This document shows, in pieces, positions 63,150 through 64,000 of a stretch of 64,000 bases of DNA. The stretch is from the NCBI RefSeq assembly GCF_030144855.1, contig NC_082707.1:170376001-170440000 (forward strand), written 5' to 3'. Both the position numbers and the translations under genes were made by a program. The notes under the pieces are model-generated. The model was not told the DNA's origin, ran no database searches, and worked only from the letters and a program-made list of their open reading frames with translations. Position 1 is the first letter of the stretch. Every line of letters starts with the position of its first letter. The stretch comes from Hypanus sabinus. Lineage: Eukaryota.

Positions 63150-64000
63150 AACCTAGCCTGTGCCAACTAGTCCCATCGACCTGCACCTGGATTATAGCCC
63201 ACACATCCATGTACCTATCCAAATTTCTCTTAAACATTGAAATCAATCTCACATTCACCACTTGCGATGGTAGCTCATTCCAGACTGTTAGCACCCTCTG
63301 AATGAATAAGTTCCCCCCTCACATTCCCCTTAAACATTTCTACTTTCATCTTTAACCCATGACCTCTAGTTGTAGTCTTGCCCAACCTCAATGGAAAAAG
63401 CCTGCTTGCATTTACCCTGTTTATACCCCTTATCTTTTTGTATACCTCTATCTAATCTCTCTTCAGTCTTCTATTTTCCAGGGAATCAAATCTTAACCTT
63501 TTCAACCTTTCCCCATAATTCAGATCCTCAAGTATTGGCAACATCCTTGTAAATTTTCTCTGTACTCTTTCAATCATATTGACATCTTTCCTGTAGGTAG
63601 GTGACCAAAACTGCACAGAATACTCCAAATTCGACCTCACCATCGTCTTACACAATTTCAACGTAACATCCCATCTCCTGTACTCAATACATTGATTTAT
63701 GAAGGCCAACATGCCAAAAGCTTTCTTTACGACCCTATCTAATTGTGATGCTACTTTCAAGGAATTATAGACCTGTATTCCCAGATCCCTCTGTTCTACT
63801 GCACTCCTCAGTGCCCTACTGCTCACCGTGTAAGTCTGACCCTGATCTGTCCTCACAAAGTGTTGCACCTCACATTTTTCTGCATTTACTTCCATCAGCC
63901 ATTTGTTAGCTCATTTTTCCAGCTGGTCCAGATTCCACTGGAAGCTTTGATAGTCTTCCTCGCTATCCATTACACCCCCAATCTTGGTGTCATCTGCAAA
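63150..64000 (-). mobile_element. CR1 LINE 3' portion (continues past window end)
   Basis: ORF 63452-63895 MEVNAEKCEVQHF..QRDLGIQV..LEYSVQFWSP..ERVQRKFTRM; FADD at the window edge. Confidence 0.93.

Noticed and set aside
1-64000. Prokaryotic-type systems (CRISPR array, operons, defence islands)
   Set aside because: There are no regularly spaced repeat-spacer units and no gene-dense coding; the content is vertebrate TE-rich DNA.

Overview
This is eukaryotic, repeat-rich vertebrate genomic DNA, most likely from a cartilaginous fish (ray/shark). That assignment is inferred from the mix of CR1, Rex1/Babar, Neptune-type Penelope, Deu-like SINE and tRNA-SINE families and is not proven. I recognise no host protein-coding exon, rRNA/tRNA gene or CRISPR array, so the window looks like a large intron or intergenic region. 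About half of it is decayed, nested transposable elements: CR1, Rex1/Babar, L1 and RTE LINE fragments; Penelope-like elements (PLEs) of two clades; Gypsy pol remnants and three solo LTRs; and Harbinger, hAT and mariner DNA elements. Several have verifiable TIRs and target-site duplications (TSDs). Nearly all ORFs in the track are TE remnants or their antisense shadows. There is a 171-N assembly gap at 30746-30916. The most notable signals are (i) at least seven PLE-associated minimal hammerhead ribozyme motifs in various states of CpG decay, (ii) a set of tiny fold-back elements built only from the PLE terminal repeat, one with a perfect 12-bp TSD, (iii) a PLE with an inverted and duplicated head next to an L1 and a CR1 that both keep their 5' ends but lack their 3' ends, (iv) internally deleted RTE-derived non-autonomous elements, and (v) an unclassified, diverged ~330-bp duplicated element. 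I find no convincing evidence of a wholly new biological system. Boundaries of old, degraded repeats are approximate.
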